Below are positions 1 to 7,151 of a stretch of 56,127 nt of DNA, piece after piece. The position numbers were made by a program, and so were the translations under genes. The DNA comes from a virus (taxonomy: Duplodnaviria > Caudoviricetes): the IMG/VR virus record IMGVR_UViG_3300040856_002539, positions 1 to 56,127 of that record; one strand, written 5' to 3'. The notes beneath the pieces are model-generated. The model searched no databases, was not told the DNA's origin, and worked only from the letters and a program-made list of their open reading frames with translations. How positions within the stretch are numbered: position 1 is the stretch's first letter; each line of letters starts with the position of its first letter.

Positions 1-87
1 AAAAGAAAGACTAGAAACATCAGGAGTTTCAATGTCCTTAAGAACCTTAAGGACAATAGAAGCAATTTGTTCTGGAGTGTAGTTCAT
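1..87 (-). CDS. 5' end (partial) of a second LRV/HEAT-repeat paralog
   Basis: Reads MNYTPEQIASIVLKVLKDIETPDVSSLSF..., nearly identical to the N-terminus of 160..1002; runs off the window edge. Confidence 0.85.
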   Translation of the reverse strand, partial: MNYTPEQIASIVLKVLKDIETPDVSSLSF

Positions 88-160
88 TGGAGTTCTTTTG
101 TGTATGAGAGTATTATAGGACAAAAGGAGACCTTGTGGAGTCTCCCTTGTGTCAGTTCAT
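1..160. repeat. Direct repeat of ~918..1075 (promoter plus gene 5' end duplicated)
   Basis: Near-identical DNA: aagaaagactagaaacatcaggagtttcaat...gagagtattataggacaaaaggagaccttgtgg. Confidence 0.9.
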
Positions 161-170
161 CAAGTGTCCA
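112..170 (-). promoter_or_regulatory. Early-type promoter: two boxes, hairpin spacer, TATAAT
   Basis: Minus strand TGGACACTT-N4-AACTGACAC-N31-TATAAT; the spacer contains a GGAGAC/GTCTCC stem. Confidence 0.75.
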
Positions 171-1002
171 TAAGACCCTTTAGTGACTCATCTTGTCCAG
201 ATTCAATCAGTTTCTTGAGTGCTTGATATTGAACTGAAGTCAATTCAAGAGTTTGTTTTTTATAGTTTGGGTTTCGTGATGCGCAACAACGAACATAAGA
301 ATCCTCATCAGTTGCAAGAACTTCTAGAGTTTCTTGTGATGTGTTTGGGTTTCGTGCTACCCCACAACGAACATTATAATCATCATCAGTCGCAAGAACT
401 TCTAGTGTTTCTTGTGGTGTGTTTCGGTTGTATGCTACGCAACAACGAACACAATAATCCTCATCAGTCGCAAGAACTTCTAGTGTTTCTTGTGATGTGT
501 TTGGGTTTTTTGCTAGGTTGATTTTTTCTTTAAAAGAAAGACTAGAAACATCAGGAGTTTGTTTTTTATAGTTTGGGTTTTCTGCTACACAACGACGAAC
601 ACAAGAATCCTCATCAGTTGCAAGAACTTTTAAGGATTCTTGTGGTGTGTTTGGGTTTTGTGCTACCCAAAAACGAACATAAGAATCCTCATCAGTCGCA
701 AGAACTCCTAGAGTTTCTTGTGATGTGCTTGAGTTTTCTGCTACGCCACAACGAACATAAGAATCCTCATCAGTCGCAAGAACTTTTAAGGATTCTTGTG
801 GTGTGTTTGAGTTTACTGCTGTCCAACGACGAACACTATAATCCCTATCAGTTGCAAGAACTTTTAAGGATTCTTGTGATGTGTTTGGGTTTGCTGCTAG
901 TTTGATTTTCTCTTCATAAGAAAGACTAGAAACATCAGGAGTTTCAATTTCCTTAAGAACCTTAAGGACAATAGAAGCAATTTGTTCTGGAGTGTAGTTC
1001 AT
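160..1002 (-). CDS. Leucine-rich-variant (LRV)/HEAT-like repeat protein
   Basis: Seven full ~26-aa repeats (NPNTxQExLxVLATDEDxxVRxxVAxN) in two blocks. Start placed at ATG 1002 because it matches the paralog start and lies downstream of the -10 box. Confidence 0.85.
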   Translation of the reverse strand: MNYTPEQIASIVLKVLKEIETPDVSSLSYEEKIKLAANPNTSQESLKVLATDRDYSVRRWTAVNSNTPQESLKVLATDEDSYVRCGVAENSSTSQETLGVLATDEDSYVRFWVAQNPNTPQESLKVLATDEDSCVRRCVAENPNYKKQTPDVSSLSFKEKINLAKNPNTSQETLEVLATDEDYCVRCCVAYNRNTPQETLEVLATDDDYNVRCGVARNPNTSQETLEVLATDEDSYVRCCASRNPNYKKQTLELTSVQYQALKKLIESGQDESLKGLMDT

Positions 1003-1026
1003 TGGAGTTCTTGTGTATATGAGAGT

Positions 1027-1085
1027 ATTATAGGACAAAAGGAGACCTTGTGGGGGTCTCCCTGTGCCAATTCTTTAAATGTCAT
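1027..1085 (-). promoter_or_regulatory. Early-type promoter (second copy)
   Basis: ATGACATT-N5-AATTGGCAC-N31-TATAAT with a GGAGACC/GGTCTCC stem. Confidence 0.75.
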
Positions 1086-1275
1086 ATGGCATTTGAGGGT
1101 CTTTATACCACACCTTTTTATACAATAAATATGGTTCATCACTTTTAATATTATGAACCATTTGTGCCATCCAATGGAACCCCCCAGAATCCACAGCATC
1201 CAAATAATGAATACCTGTTCGGTTATCAATAATGCGAGTTACACTTACAAACTTAATTTTCTCAACCACAATCAA
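1075..1275 (-). CDS. Hypothetical protein (66 aa)
   Basis: ORF in operon orientation; TTG start overlaps an upstream TGA. Confidence 0.65.
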   Translation of the reverse strand: MIVVEKIKFVSVTRIIDNRTGIHYLDAVDSGGFHWMAQMVHNIKSDEPYLLYKKVWYKDPQMPYDI

Positions 1276-1687
1276 ACTCCGTCTGGTAGATTTCCTGTTA
1301 ATGCAAGAATAAGGGCAATAATATTAATGATGACAAATCCTACTGGCAGTCCCCAATCTGTCCAATCTGGTTCTTCTTCGGTCGTGATGTAAGCCGTGAG
1401 ACGGCCAAGGTCAGATCCGATGCTGTTGACTCCAGCGCCGATGCGGTCAAGCTCAACTCCCTGTTGATTGACCTCAACTCCGATGCTGTTGACTCCAGCG
1501 CTGATGCCGCGGATCTCAGCATCTCCAAGTTCTTTGTATCGCTTGGTACCCAGTTTTTCCAGTTGCTCATCTTATCAGCAAGAAAATGATTTTCAATCTT
1601 TTGTTTGATGATAGCATCACTGGTGGTATTGTAAATCTCAATCAAATCAGAATGATTGAGATGTAGTGTCCAAACTCTTTCCGTCAT
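1272..1687 (-). CDS. Hypothetical membrane-anchored protein, apparently frameshifted near 1571
   Basis: The 1340..1687 frame and a -1 frame (1272..1571, DEQLEKLGTKRYKELG...WGLPVGFVIINIIALILALTG) are both open; the -1 frame ends in a TM helix and couples to the next gene. Confidence 0.55.
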
Positions 1688-1872
1688 AGTTCATCATTCT
1701 CCTTTTCATAATCACGATATGACCATTTCAAATCATGGATAATCATTTTGAAAGCACCATCAAGAGTTGTTGCGTGTCCATCATAAATCCAATCACCTAC
1801 CTGAATAGTATAATACGCCAAAGAACCTTCTGCAGTGTAATCACGGATACTGATTTCAGTCATCATCATTCT
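1684..1872 (-). CDS. Hypothetical protein
   Basis: ORF with ATGA overlap to the next gene; likely start in the MMMTEIS run. Confidence 0.65.
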   Translation of the reverse strand, partial: RMMMTEISIRDYTAEGSLAYYTIQVGDWIYDGHATTLDGAFKMIIHDLKWSYRDYEKENDEL

Positions 1873-2179
1873 CCCAGAAGTCCTTCCATTCCATCCTATC
1901 AATATCAGTCATCACATCAACAACAAAACCACTGATATCCAAATCAGGAAAACCATCTTTGACAATATAATCTGTTACATCATTTGCCAAGTAATCACCA
2001 AACTCTTCTGGACTATTCAAGTCATCATATTCGTGTTTAGCAGGATTGAATTTCACACAGAAGGTGATTTTATATCCTTCAACACAATCCTTTGACTTAC
2101 GCAAGGTTTCTTTGCGTTGTTCAATTTGTTTTTCAAGTTTTTGAAGTTCTTTGTAAGAGAGTTGAGAGAGGTCAGTCAT
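1856..2179 (-). CDS. Hypothetical protein with N-terminal coiled coil and acidic C-terminus
   Basis: 107-aa ORF with ATGA coupling. Confidence 0.75.
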   Translation of the reverse strand: MTDLSQLSYKELQKLEKQIEQRKETLRKSKDCVEGYKITFCVKFNPAKHEYDDLNSPEEFGDYLANDVTDYIVKDGFPDLDISGFVVDVMTDIDRMEWKDFWENDDD

Positions 2180-2424
2180 ACACCATCCCCAGTTTCTTGA
2201 CAGTCATCGTCTTCGGAGTCCTCCGCCAAATAATCGTGTTGGTTTGCTTGCCATCGTAGCAGGCATGGAATAGAAGATGGTGTGACTCCCATTATAAGCA
2301 GTAGTTCGTCGAACCAATCTGCCACGGCATAGATAGCGGCTTGTGCTTGGCATTCTGGATCTAGAGGAGCATTATCAAGCTCTTCCATTACCATCTTGAG
2401 TAGTTTTGTGCGGTTGTCAGTCAT
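2176..2424 (-). CDS. Hypothetical protein
   Basis: 82-aa ORF with 4-nt overlaps on both sides. Confidence 0.75.
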   Translation of the reverse strand: MTDNRTKLLKMVMEELDNAPLDPECQAQAAIYAVADWFDELLLIMGVTPSSIPCLLRWQANQHDYLAEDSEDDDCQETGDGV

Positions 2425-2786
2425 CGTGCCTCCAGTTCTTCATGAGCAAATTCAACTTGTTGCCATGCTAATTCTTCTCGTTCTCGCAAACTTTCAATAG
2501 AAGATTTAGCAATAAGTGGCCATTCTTCTTTAGAACCTTGCCACCAATCTTTGTAATCGTTAGGCATTACACTAGAGAGTTTTTCATCATATCGTTGAAG
2601 ACGAGCAAGTTCTGATTTCACAGTCTCAAGGTCTTCAAGTCGTTCTTTTGTGAGGTCATACTCTTCACAATACCAATCAAGTTCTGGGTTCTCTTGGTTG
2701 GTTTCTTCACGAATATCCCATTCGAGACCTTGAAGATGTCCTTGTTGGTCTTGAATAAAATATTCTAAAGTATTAATCAAACTCAT
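2421..2786 (-). CDS. Hypothetical coiled-coil protein
   Basis: 121-aa ORF with 4-nt overlaps. Confidence 0.75.
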   Translation of the reverse strand: MSLINTLEYFIQDQQGHLQGLEWDIREETNQENPELDWYCEEYDLTKERLEDLETVKSELARLQRYDEKLSSVMPNDYKDWWQGSKEEWPLIAKSSIESLREREELAWQQVEFAHEELEAR

Positions 2787-2992
2787 TTACCCTCCAGTTC
2801 ATCAAGTTTCTCATTCACAATACCAGTCATGTCAAGTGTGCGTGGATCAATACCAGCATCAGTACAATCCATGATAAACTCCATGAATGCTCCCAGAATG
2901 AGACAGGCACGGCGTTTGTCGTGCTCTGTGATGGTAGTATGTGGCATAGCAACATAGTTTACCACATGCTCGTAGAGTTCGTCGTAAGTCAT
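2783..2992 (-). CDS. Hypothetical protein
   Basis: 69-aa ORF with 4-nt overlaps. Confidence 0.75.
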   Translation of the reverse strand: MTYDELYEHVVNYVAMPHTTITEHDKRRACLILGAFMEFIMDCTDAGIDPRTLDMTGIVNEKLDELEGK

Positions 2993-3255
2993 TTGCCCTC
3001 CAGTTCGTCAGCGATGGCGAGGAATTCCATACGAATGTCACTGCGGACATCTTCATCGATGCGTTCTGCCTCATCGCGGTAAACCTCAAGGCGAATTGGC
3101 ACCACCTGATCCGCAGCAGCACGCAGGGCGGCGGCAGCAACCCATCGAGAATCATTGAGGATGTCATCTGGGCCATAGCATTGAGCGCCATTGGCAGCAT
3201 TTAGCACAGCCTGAGCAGCATGTGAGAGTTTAGTCATTGGGTGTTGATCAGTCAT
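2989..3255 (-). CDS. Hypothetical Ala-rich protein
   Basis: 88-aa ORF (LSHAAQAVLNA...AAALRAAAD...LAIADELE); visibly more GC-rich than its neighbours. Confidence 0.75.
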   Translation of the reverse strand: MTDQHPMTKLSHAAQAVLNAANGAQCYGPDDILNDSRWVAAAALRAAADQVVPIRLEVYRDEAERIDEDVRSDIRMEFLAIADELEGK

Positions 3256-3437
3256 CGGATGTAAAGATACTTTTTGTTGATAATCATATGATCCAGAATC
3301 TGTGCTAATTTTTGTTCGTATGTTGGATTATCATTATGCATACACTCCACATAGGCATCGTGAAGTCGAGTATAAAGATCTTCCCAGTGGGTTTTGTCAA
3401 TCGGTTTGATCATAAGATTCATTTGAACTAAAGTCAT
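3252..3437 (-). CDS. Hypothetical protein
   Basis: 61-aa ORF; the real start is probably a downstream Met because the first ATG overlaps the -10 box. Confidence 0.7.
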   Translation of the reverse strand: MTLVQMNLMIKPIDKTHWEDLYTRLHDAYVECMHNDNPTYEQKLAQILDHMIINKKYLYIR

Positions 3438-3493
3438 TATAGCAAAAAATCACTCCACCATAAGATGAAGTGTGACAGTTTATTCAGTGTCAG
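3436..3493 (-). promoter_or_regulatory. Early-type promoter
   Basis: CTGACACT-N5-AACTGTCAC-N30-TATAAT. Confidence 0.7.
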
Positions 3494-3788
3494 GCCAGTC
3501 CCAAGAACGAGTAACAAGATCAAAATCAAATCCAAACTTATAAGCCCAAAACAAGATACTAAAGAAACCATTAGATCCAAAATTGATCTGAAGAAAAGGC
3601 CAACACGGATAGTCATTCCAACTTACCGACCCTTGAAATAAACTCCAATAATACTTTTTGATTTTTAGACTGCAAATCTGGACGCAAAGCTCGATGCCAA
3701 AGTCTTCTTTTTTCTTTATGCGAATGAAATCAAACTGCATTTTTCTTCCCATGAATTGGACAATCGGCATTAACCCATTTGCGGTCAT
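3480..3788 (-). CDS. Hypothetical aromatic-rich protein
   Basis: ORF in operon orientation; likely start at MQFDFIR (3740). Confidence 0.7.
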   Translation of the reverse strand: MTANGLMPIVQFMGRKMQFDFIRIKKKEDFGIELCVQICSLKIKKYYWSLFQGSVSWNDYPCWPFLQINFGSNGFFSILFWAYKFGFDFDLVTRSWDWPDTE

Positions 3789-4281
3789 TTGGCATTTCTT
3801 GGTTATCTATGCGAGGACATCCACAGCCGCGTTTTACTGCCTCATCAGAACCAGGAACAAGACCACCCCAAGACATCATAGCATCCATTTCCTCATCCGT
3901 GTAATTTGAATTATCGGGATTCTCAAGGCGAGATAGTTTTGCTTTTAGATTGCGAATTTCATCTTCTAGAGCACGAGCATCATCATCTGTGTATTCATGC
4001 TTGTCCTGAAGATCATACTCTTCCATAAGCTTTCTCATATCCTCTTCTTTATTGGAATCGCTAAAGGCAACTCCACAAGCACCATCCATAATGCTGTACT
4101 CAGAAAAATCAATGGCACGAAGAAAACTTTTGAACAAAGAAAAGTATTGATGGATGTTTAGATCTTGTGCTGGTGCCTCAATTGTGATGGAATGCTCATC
4201 AAGTAGTTCTGGAAATGTTTGGCTGTATTGTGGAGGAGTATCATTAATGAAAGTGAACTTTACTTTTGCTGAATAGGTCAT
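3730..4281 (-). CDS. Hypothetical protein with C-terminal Cys/His (putative Zn-binding) module
   Basis: 183 aa; PGSDEAVKRGCGCP...DCPIHG. Confidence 0.75.
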   Translation of the reverse strand: MTYSAKVKFTFINDTPPQYSQTFPELLDEHSITIEAPAQDLNIHQYFSLFKSFLRAIDFSEYSIMDGACGVAFSDSNKEEDMRKLMEEYDLQDKHEYTDDDARALEDEIRNLKAKLSRLENPDNSNYTDEEMDAMMSWGGLVPGSDEAVKRGCGCPRIDNQEMPNDRKWVNADCPIHGKKNAV

Positions 4282-4754
4282 AGGATTGCAGGTTCGATAT
4301 AGTCGAAGTCTTCTTGTGATGTTGGGATCTCAAATTGGTGATGCATTCTTTTGAGAATGCTTTCAGGAATAAATTTTCCTTCTCGGTGTTTGTTTCGCTC
4401 TAATGCTTCTTCAAGTGAGATTTGGAAATAAACGATTGTTCTTCTGTAATAAGAAGGAATCTTGGCGAGTTTTTTCTTTCTGGTTTTAACTGTCAAATTT
4501 GTTTGGTCAAAAATAATGTCCTTCCCTTTATCCTTTGCCATATTGAGCTGAAGTTCTAGTTCTCGTGTGGCATCAGAAATCACATCATCAAAAATCTCAT
4601 TGTAGGTAAGATTCAGTCTTTGTGCTTCTTTTTCGATGTAGTCATCAGTAGACAACACAACAGCATTAGACCAGTATGGGATCTTGAGAAGTCTCTTAAC
4701 ATAAGTGGACTTCCCTGATGTTGGAATCCCAGATAGCATCACAAGTTCTGCCAT
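4278..4754 (-). CDS. P-loop kinase (AAA_33/polynucleotide-kinase-like)
   Basis: Walker A GIPTSGKST, STDD, IIFDQTNL, lid ERNKHR. Confidence 0.85.
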   Translation of the reverse strand: MAELVMLSGIPTSGKSTYVKRLLKIPYWSNAVVLSTDDYIEKEAQRLNLTYNEIFDDVISDATRELELQLNMAKDKGKDIIFDQTNLTVKTRKKKLAKIPSYYRRTIVYFQISLEEALERNKHREGKFIPESILKRMHHQFEIPTSQEDFDYIEPAIL

Positions 4755-4775
4755 GATTTTGGATCAACTGTTGGT

Positions 4776-4834
4776 ATTATACAAGAAAAAGGACACCTGA
4801 TGGTGCCCTTGTGTGCCAGTTGTCAGAGCGTCAC
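4776..4834 (-). promoter_or_regulatory. Early-type promoter
   Basis: GTGACGCT-N5-AACTGGCAC-N31-TATAAT with an AAGGGCACC/GGTGTCCTT stem. Confidence 0.75.
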
Positions 4835-5646
4835 TTAGCAACCACAGCATCACCGATGGATAGAACAGAAGCACCATTAATCAGGATCTTCTGGATACTG
4901 CCATTCTTCATGGCTTCCTGGAGAATAAGGTTACGCTGATATTCAAGATACTGTGGAGTAAGAGTCGAAGACAGAGACTTATTCTCATTTGCCTTCAGTT
5001 CGGCAGTGCGGTTTTTGACAATTTGCTCTTTTTCCTGTGATTGAGCAGTCACAACACGATTCACTGCTGCAACAAGATCTTCTGGTAGATCTGCCTTTAC
5101 AACTACTACAGACTCAATCTGGATCTTACCAGAAAGGTTATTTTTTTCTAGTGCCAGGTTAAGATTTTGTTTGATGGTATCCTGGATCTTATCGAGACTA
5201 GAATTCACTTCTAGTGCAGGATATTCATCAACCGATTGATTTACTGCAGAGGTAATAAGGCGCTGAATAAAAGCAGCCATCAATTCAATCTGACCGCTAT
5301 CTGTGATAGAGTGGTTACTCATATCGTAACCAGTATAAAAATCAAACAGAGATGTAGGAGACAGAGAATAAGTAACGACAACATCCATGTCTTTCATAAT
5401 GGTGTTGTCCTGTGTCTTAGGCGTCAGATCATTAGATTGAACAGTAATCTTACGAGTGTTGAACACCTTGATCGTACCAAATCCATCATATCGAAGACCA
5501 GGCAAGATCACTTCATTTTTCGCTTTACCATCAAATCCAACATAGATACCATTTTCGCCAGTGTTAATCGTAGTGAATTGACCAGCAGTGATAAGCAGTG
5601 CGAGAACAGCAGCACCAGCACCAACGATGATTTTTCCAGTAGACAT
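4831..5646 (-). CDS. SPFH/band-7 (prohibitin-like) membrane protein
   Basis: N-terminal TM helix, TINTGENGIYVGFDG, T-D...DVVVTY, C-terminal coiled coil and LTPQYLEY. Confidence 0.85.
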   Translation of the reverse strand: MSTGKIIVGAGAAVLALLITAGQFTTINTGENGIYVGFDGKAKNEVILPGLRYDGFGTIKVFNTRKITVQSNDLTPKTQDNTIMKDMDVVVTYSLSPTSLFDFYTGYDMSNHSITDSGQIELMAAFIQRLITSAVNQSVDEYPALEVNSSLDKIQDTIKQNLNLALEKNNLSGKIQIESVVVVKADLPEDLVAAVNRVVTAQSQEKEQIVKNRTAELKANENKSLSSTLTPQYLEYQRNLILQEAMKNGSIQKILINGASVLSIGDAVVAK

Positions 5647-5668
5647 AATTTAATTAAAAAAGTAAAGG

Positions 5669-5830
5669 TCAGTCAGTAGTAATGCCTGCCCAAATAAGGG
5701 CAACGGCAACCAAAAGAAGAAGAACGAGAGGCAGCATCTTCATAAAGAAGAGAACCGGAATTCCCCTCGCCATAAGAATCAGAAGAATCAAAAAGATTCC
5801 TCCACAGACACCAAGGATTCGTGCGATCAT
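5669..5830 (-). CDS. Small 2-TM membrane protein (53 aa)
   Basis: Translated by hand: MIARILGVCGGIFLILLILMARGIPVLFFMKMLPLVLLLLVAVALIWAGITTD; not in the ORF track. Confidence 0.7.
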   Translation of the reverse strand: MIARILGVCGGIFLILLILMARGIPVLFFMKMLPLVLLLLVAVALIWAGITTD

Positions 5831-5967
5831 TTCACATCAAGTTTACACTCTTTCTTCATCCGTTGGATTTGTTGGTCTGTTGGACGCTGTTGAGTTGGTT
5901 GAAGATTAAAAGCAATCCATTCAGCACAGATATTCAGTTGTTTGTCAGCAATTTCTTGTAGTGTCAT
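5827..5967 (-). CDS. Small hypothetical protein (46 aa)
   Basis: MTLQEIADKQLNICAEWIAFNLQ...; ATGA overlap with the next gene. Confidence 0.6.
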   Translation of the reverse strand: MTLQEIADKQLNICAEWIAFNLQPTQQRPTDQQIQRMKKECKLDVK

Positions 5968-5969
5968 GA

Positions 5970-6242
5970 TCAGTTAGTAAGGTTTTCAACTTGATTCAAA
6001 ATAGATTCTACATCTTCCCTGGTAAGATAACCAAGAACATCATCAGTAATGGGAGTGTCGTAGCAAATTTCCCATTCTTCTTCTGTCCCTTCGAGAACAG
6101 CAATTTCGTAGAGTCCATCAGAGCCACCATAAGAATATGGACTCATAATGACACTTGTGCCATACCCATTCTCAAAGAAGTTGACTGCCTGAACACCTTC
6201 CCAATCGGGATGTGGTTCAAACTCAAGATCAGTAAATTTCAT
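5970..6242 (-). CDS. Conserved-looking phage hypothetical protein
   Basis: FENGYGTSVI...SYGGSDGLYEIAVL...YDTPITDDVLGYLT motif typical of small phage proteins; start at MKFTDL. Confidence 0.8.
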   Translation of the reverse strand: MKFTDLEFEPHPDWEGVQAVNFFENGYGTSVIMSPYSYGGSDGLYEIAVLEGTEEEWEICYDTPITDDVLGYLTREDVESILNQVENLTN

Positions 6243-6459
6243 TTTGTTCCCAACGATCTTGCCAGAGTTCAACAAAGCGTGCTCTCAGGTTTTCGATGGT
6301 ATCATACCGTTGAATGATGGGATTGTCAAGTGGTAGATCATGAAATCCAGAATCATAAGGAGAAACCAGATGATAGCACTCTAGTGCATGAATCAAAAGT
6401 TCGATCATAACTTCGTGCTCAACCTCAGTCAATTGAACAGTAATGTCGTTTGTGTCCAT
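6229..6459 (-). CDS. Hypothetical protein
   Basis: 76-aa ORF just downstream of an early promoter. Confidence 0.7.
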   Translation of the reverse strand: MDTNDITVQLTEVEHEVMIELLIHALECYHLVSPYDSGFHDLPLDNPIIQRYDTIENLRARFVELWQDRWEQNEIY

Positions 6460-6485
6460 TCCAAAAATTGGTTGTGTGCCAGATC

Positions 6486-6543
6486 ATTATAACAGACTCA
6501 AATCAGAACCAAGGTTTGAAGTGGACAGTTTGAGAATTGGTCA
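6486..6543 (-). promoter_or_regulatory. Early-type promoter
   Basis: TGACCAAT-N5-AACTGTCCA-N30-TATAAT. Confidence 0.7.
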
Positions 6544-6708
6544 GGAGTAGTCTCCAATTCGATTTTTCGTTGAAATTTTTTTAATTTCCTTTGCCTTATC
6601 TAAAAGACGATCAAGATTTGCAATAAGAAGATCCAAACGATCTTCGGTCTTTCCCATTAGTGCTTCGTCAATTCTTTCGAATGCGGCCTTGGTTTGTGTG
6701 GTAATCAT
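6541..6708 (-). CDS. Small hypothetical protein (55 aa)
   Basis: MITTQTKAAFERIDEALMGKTEDRLDLLIANLDRLLDKAKEIKK...; ATGA overlap with def. Confidence 0.65.
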   Translation of the reverse strand: MITTQTKAAFERIDEALMGKTEDRLDLLIANLDRLLDKAKEIKKISTKNRIGDYS

Positions 6709-7127
6709 ACTATGAGTTCTCCATACAAATGTAAGATCTCATGTTGAATAATTCGTGCAGTAAGTCCATTATAACGCTCAAAGTGTGGTTTGCCATCTAA
6801 GTCACGATATTTAACACTAAGATTTTCTGGACGAGAAATCATTTTGAAAACATCAGGACAAGAAAGACACCCTTCTTCCATCTCTACTTGTTCTTCTGAT
6901 ACTTTTGTAATAATTGGATTAACCATGACAAGTGGCTCTCCACGATGATCAACAACGATAATATGCTTAAGAACTCCAATCTGAGGAGCAGACAATCCGA
7001 TTCCATTAGAAGCATACATTGTCTCAATCATATCCAAGGCAAGACTACGAATAGAATCATCAACACTTGCTACTCGTTTTGACTTCTTGTGAAGTAGTCT
7101 GTTTTCTGATGTGAGGATTTTTAACAT
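6705..7127 (-). CDS. def: Peptide deformylase (short, phage type)
   Basis: Motifs GIGLSAPQIG, EGCLS and QHEILHLYG; no C-terminal helix. Confidence 0.93.
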   Translation of the reverse strand: MLKILTSENRLLHKKSKRVASVDDSIRSLALDMIETMYASNGIGLSAPQIGVLKHIIVVDHRGEPLVMVNPIITKVSEEQVEMEEGCLSCPDVFKMISRPENLSVKYRDLDGKPHFERYNGLTARIIQHEILHLYGELIV

Positions 7128-7151
7128 GGCTTTTCTCCACCAATCTATTAT

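Noticed and set aside
219-905. Repetitive plus-strand ORFs (219..521, 573..905)
   Set aside because: They are antisense shadows of the LRV repeat gene; the promoter and operon context favour the minus strand.
160-1002. Regularly spaced repeats resembling a CRISPR array or DGR variable region
   Set aside because: The repeats are in-frame 78-nt coding units without unique spacers. No reverse transcriptase or template repeat is visible in this window, so a DGR cannot be supported.
1856-2179. N-terminus resembling an H-NS oligomerisation helix
   Set aside because: This is a generic coiled-coil pattern, with no H-NS DNA-binding motif.
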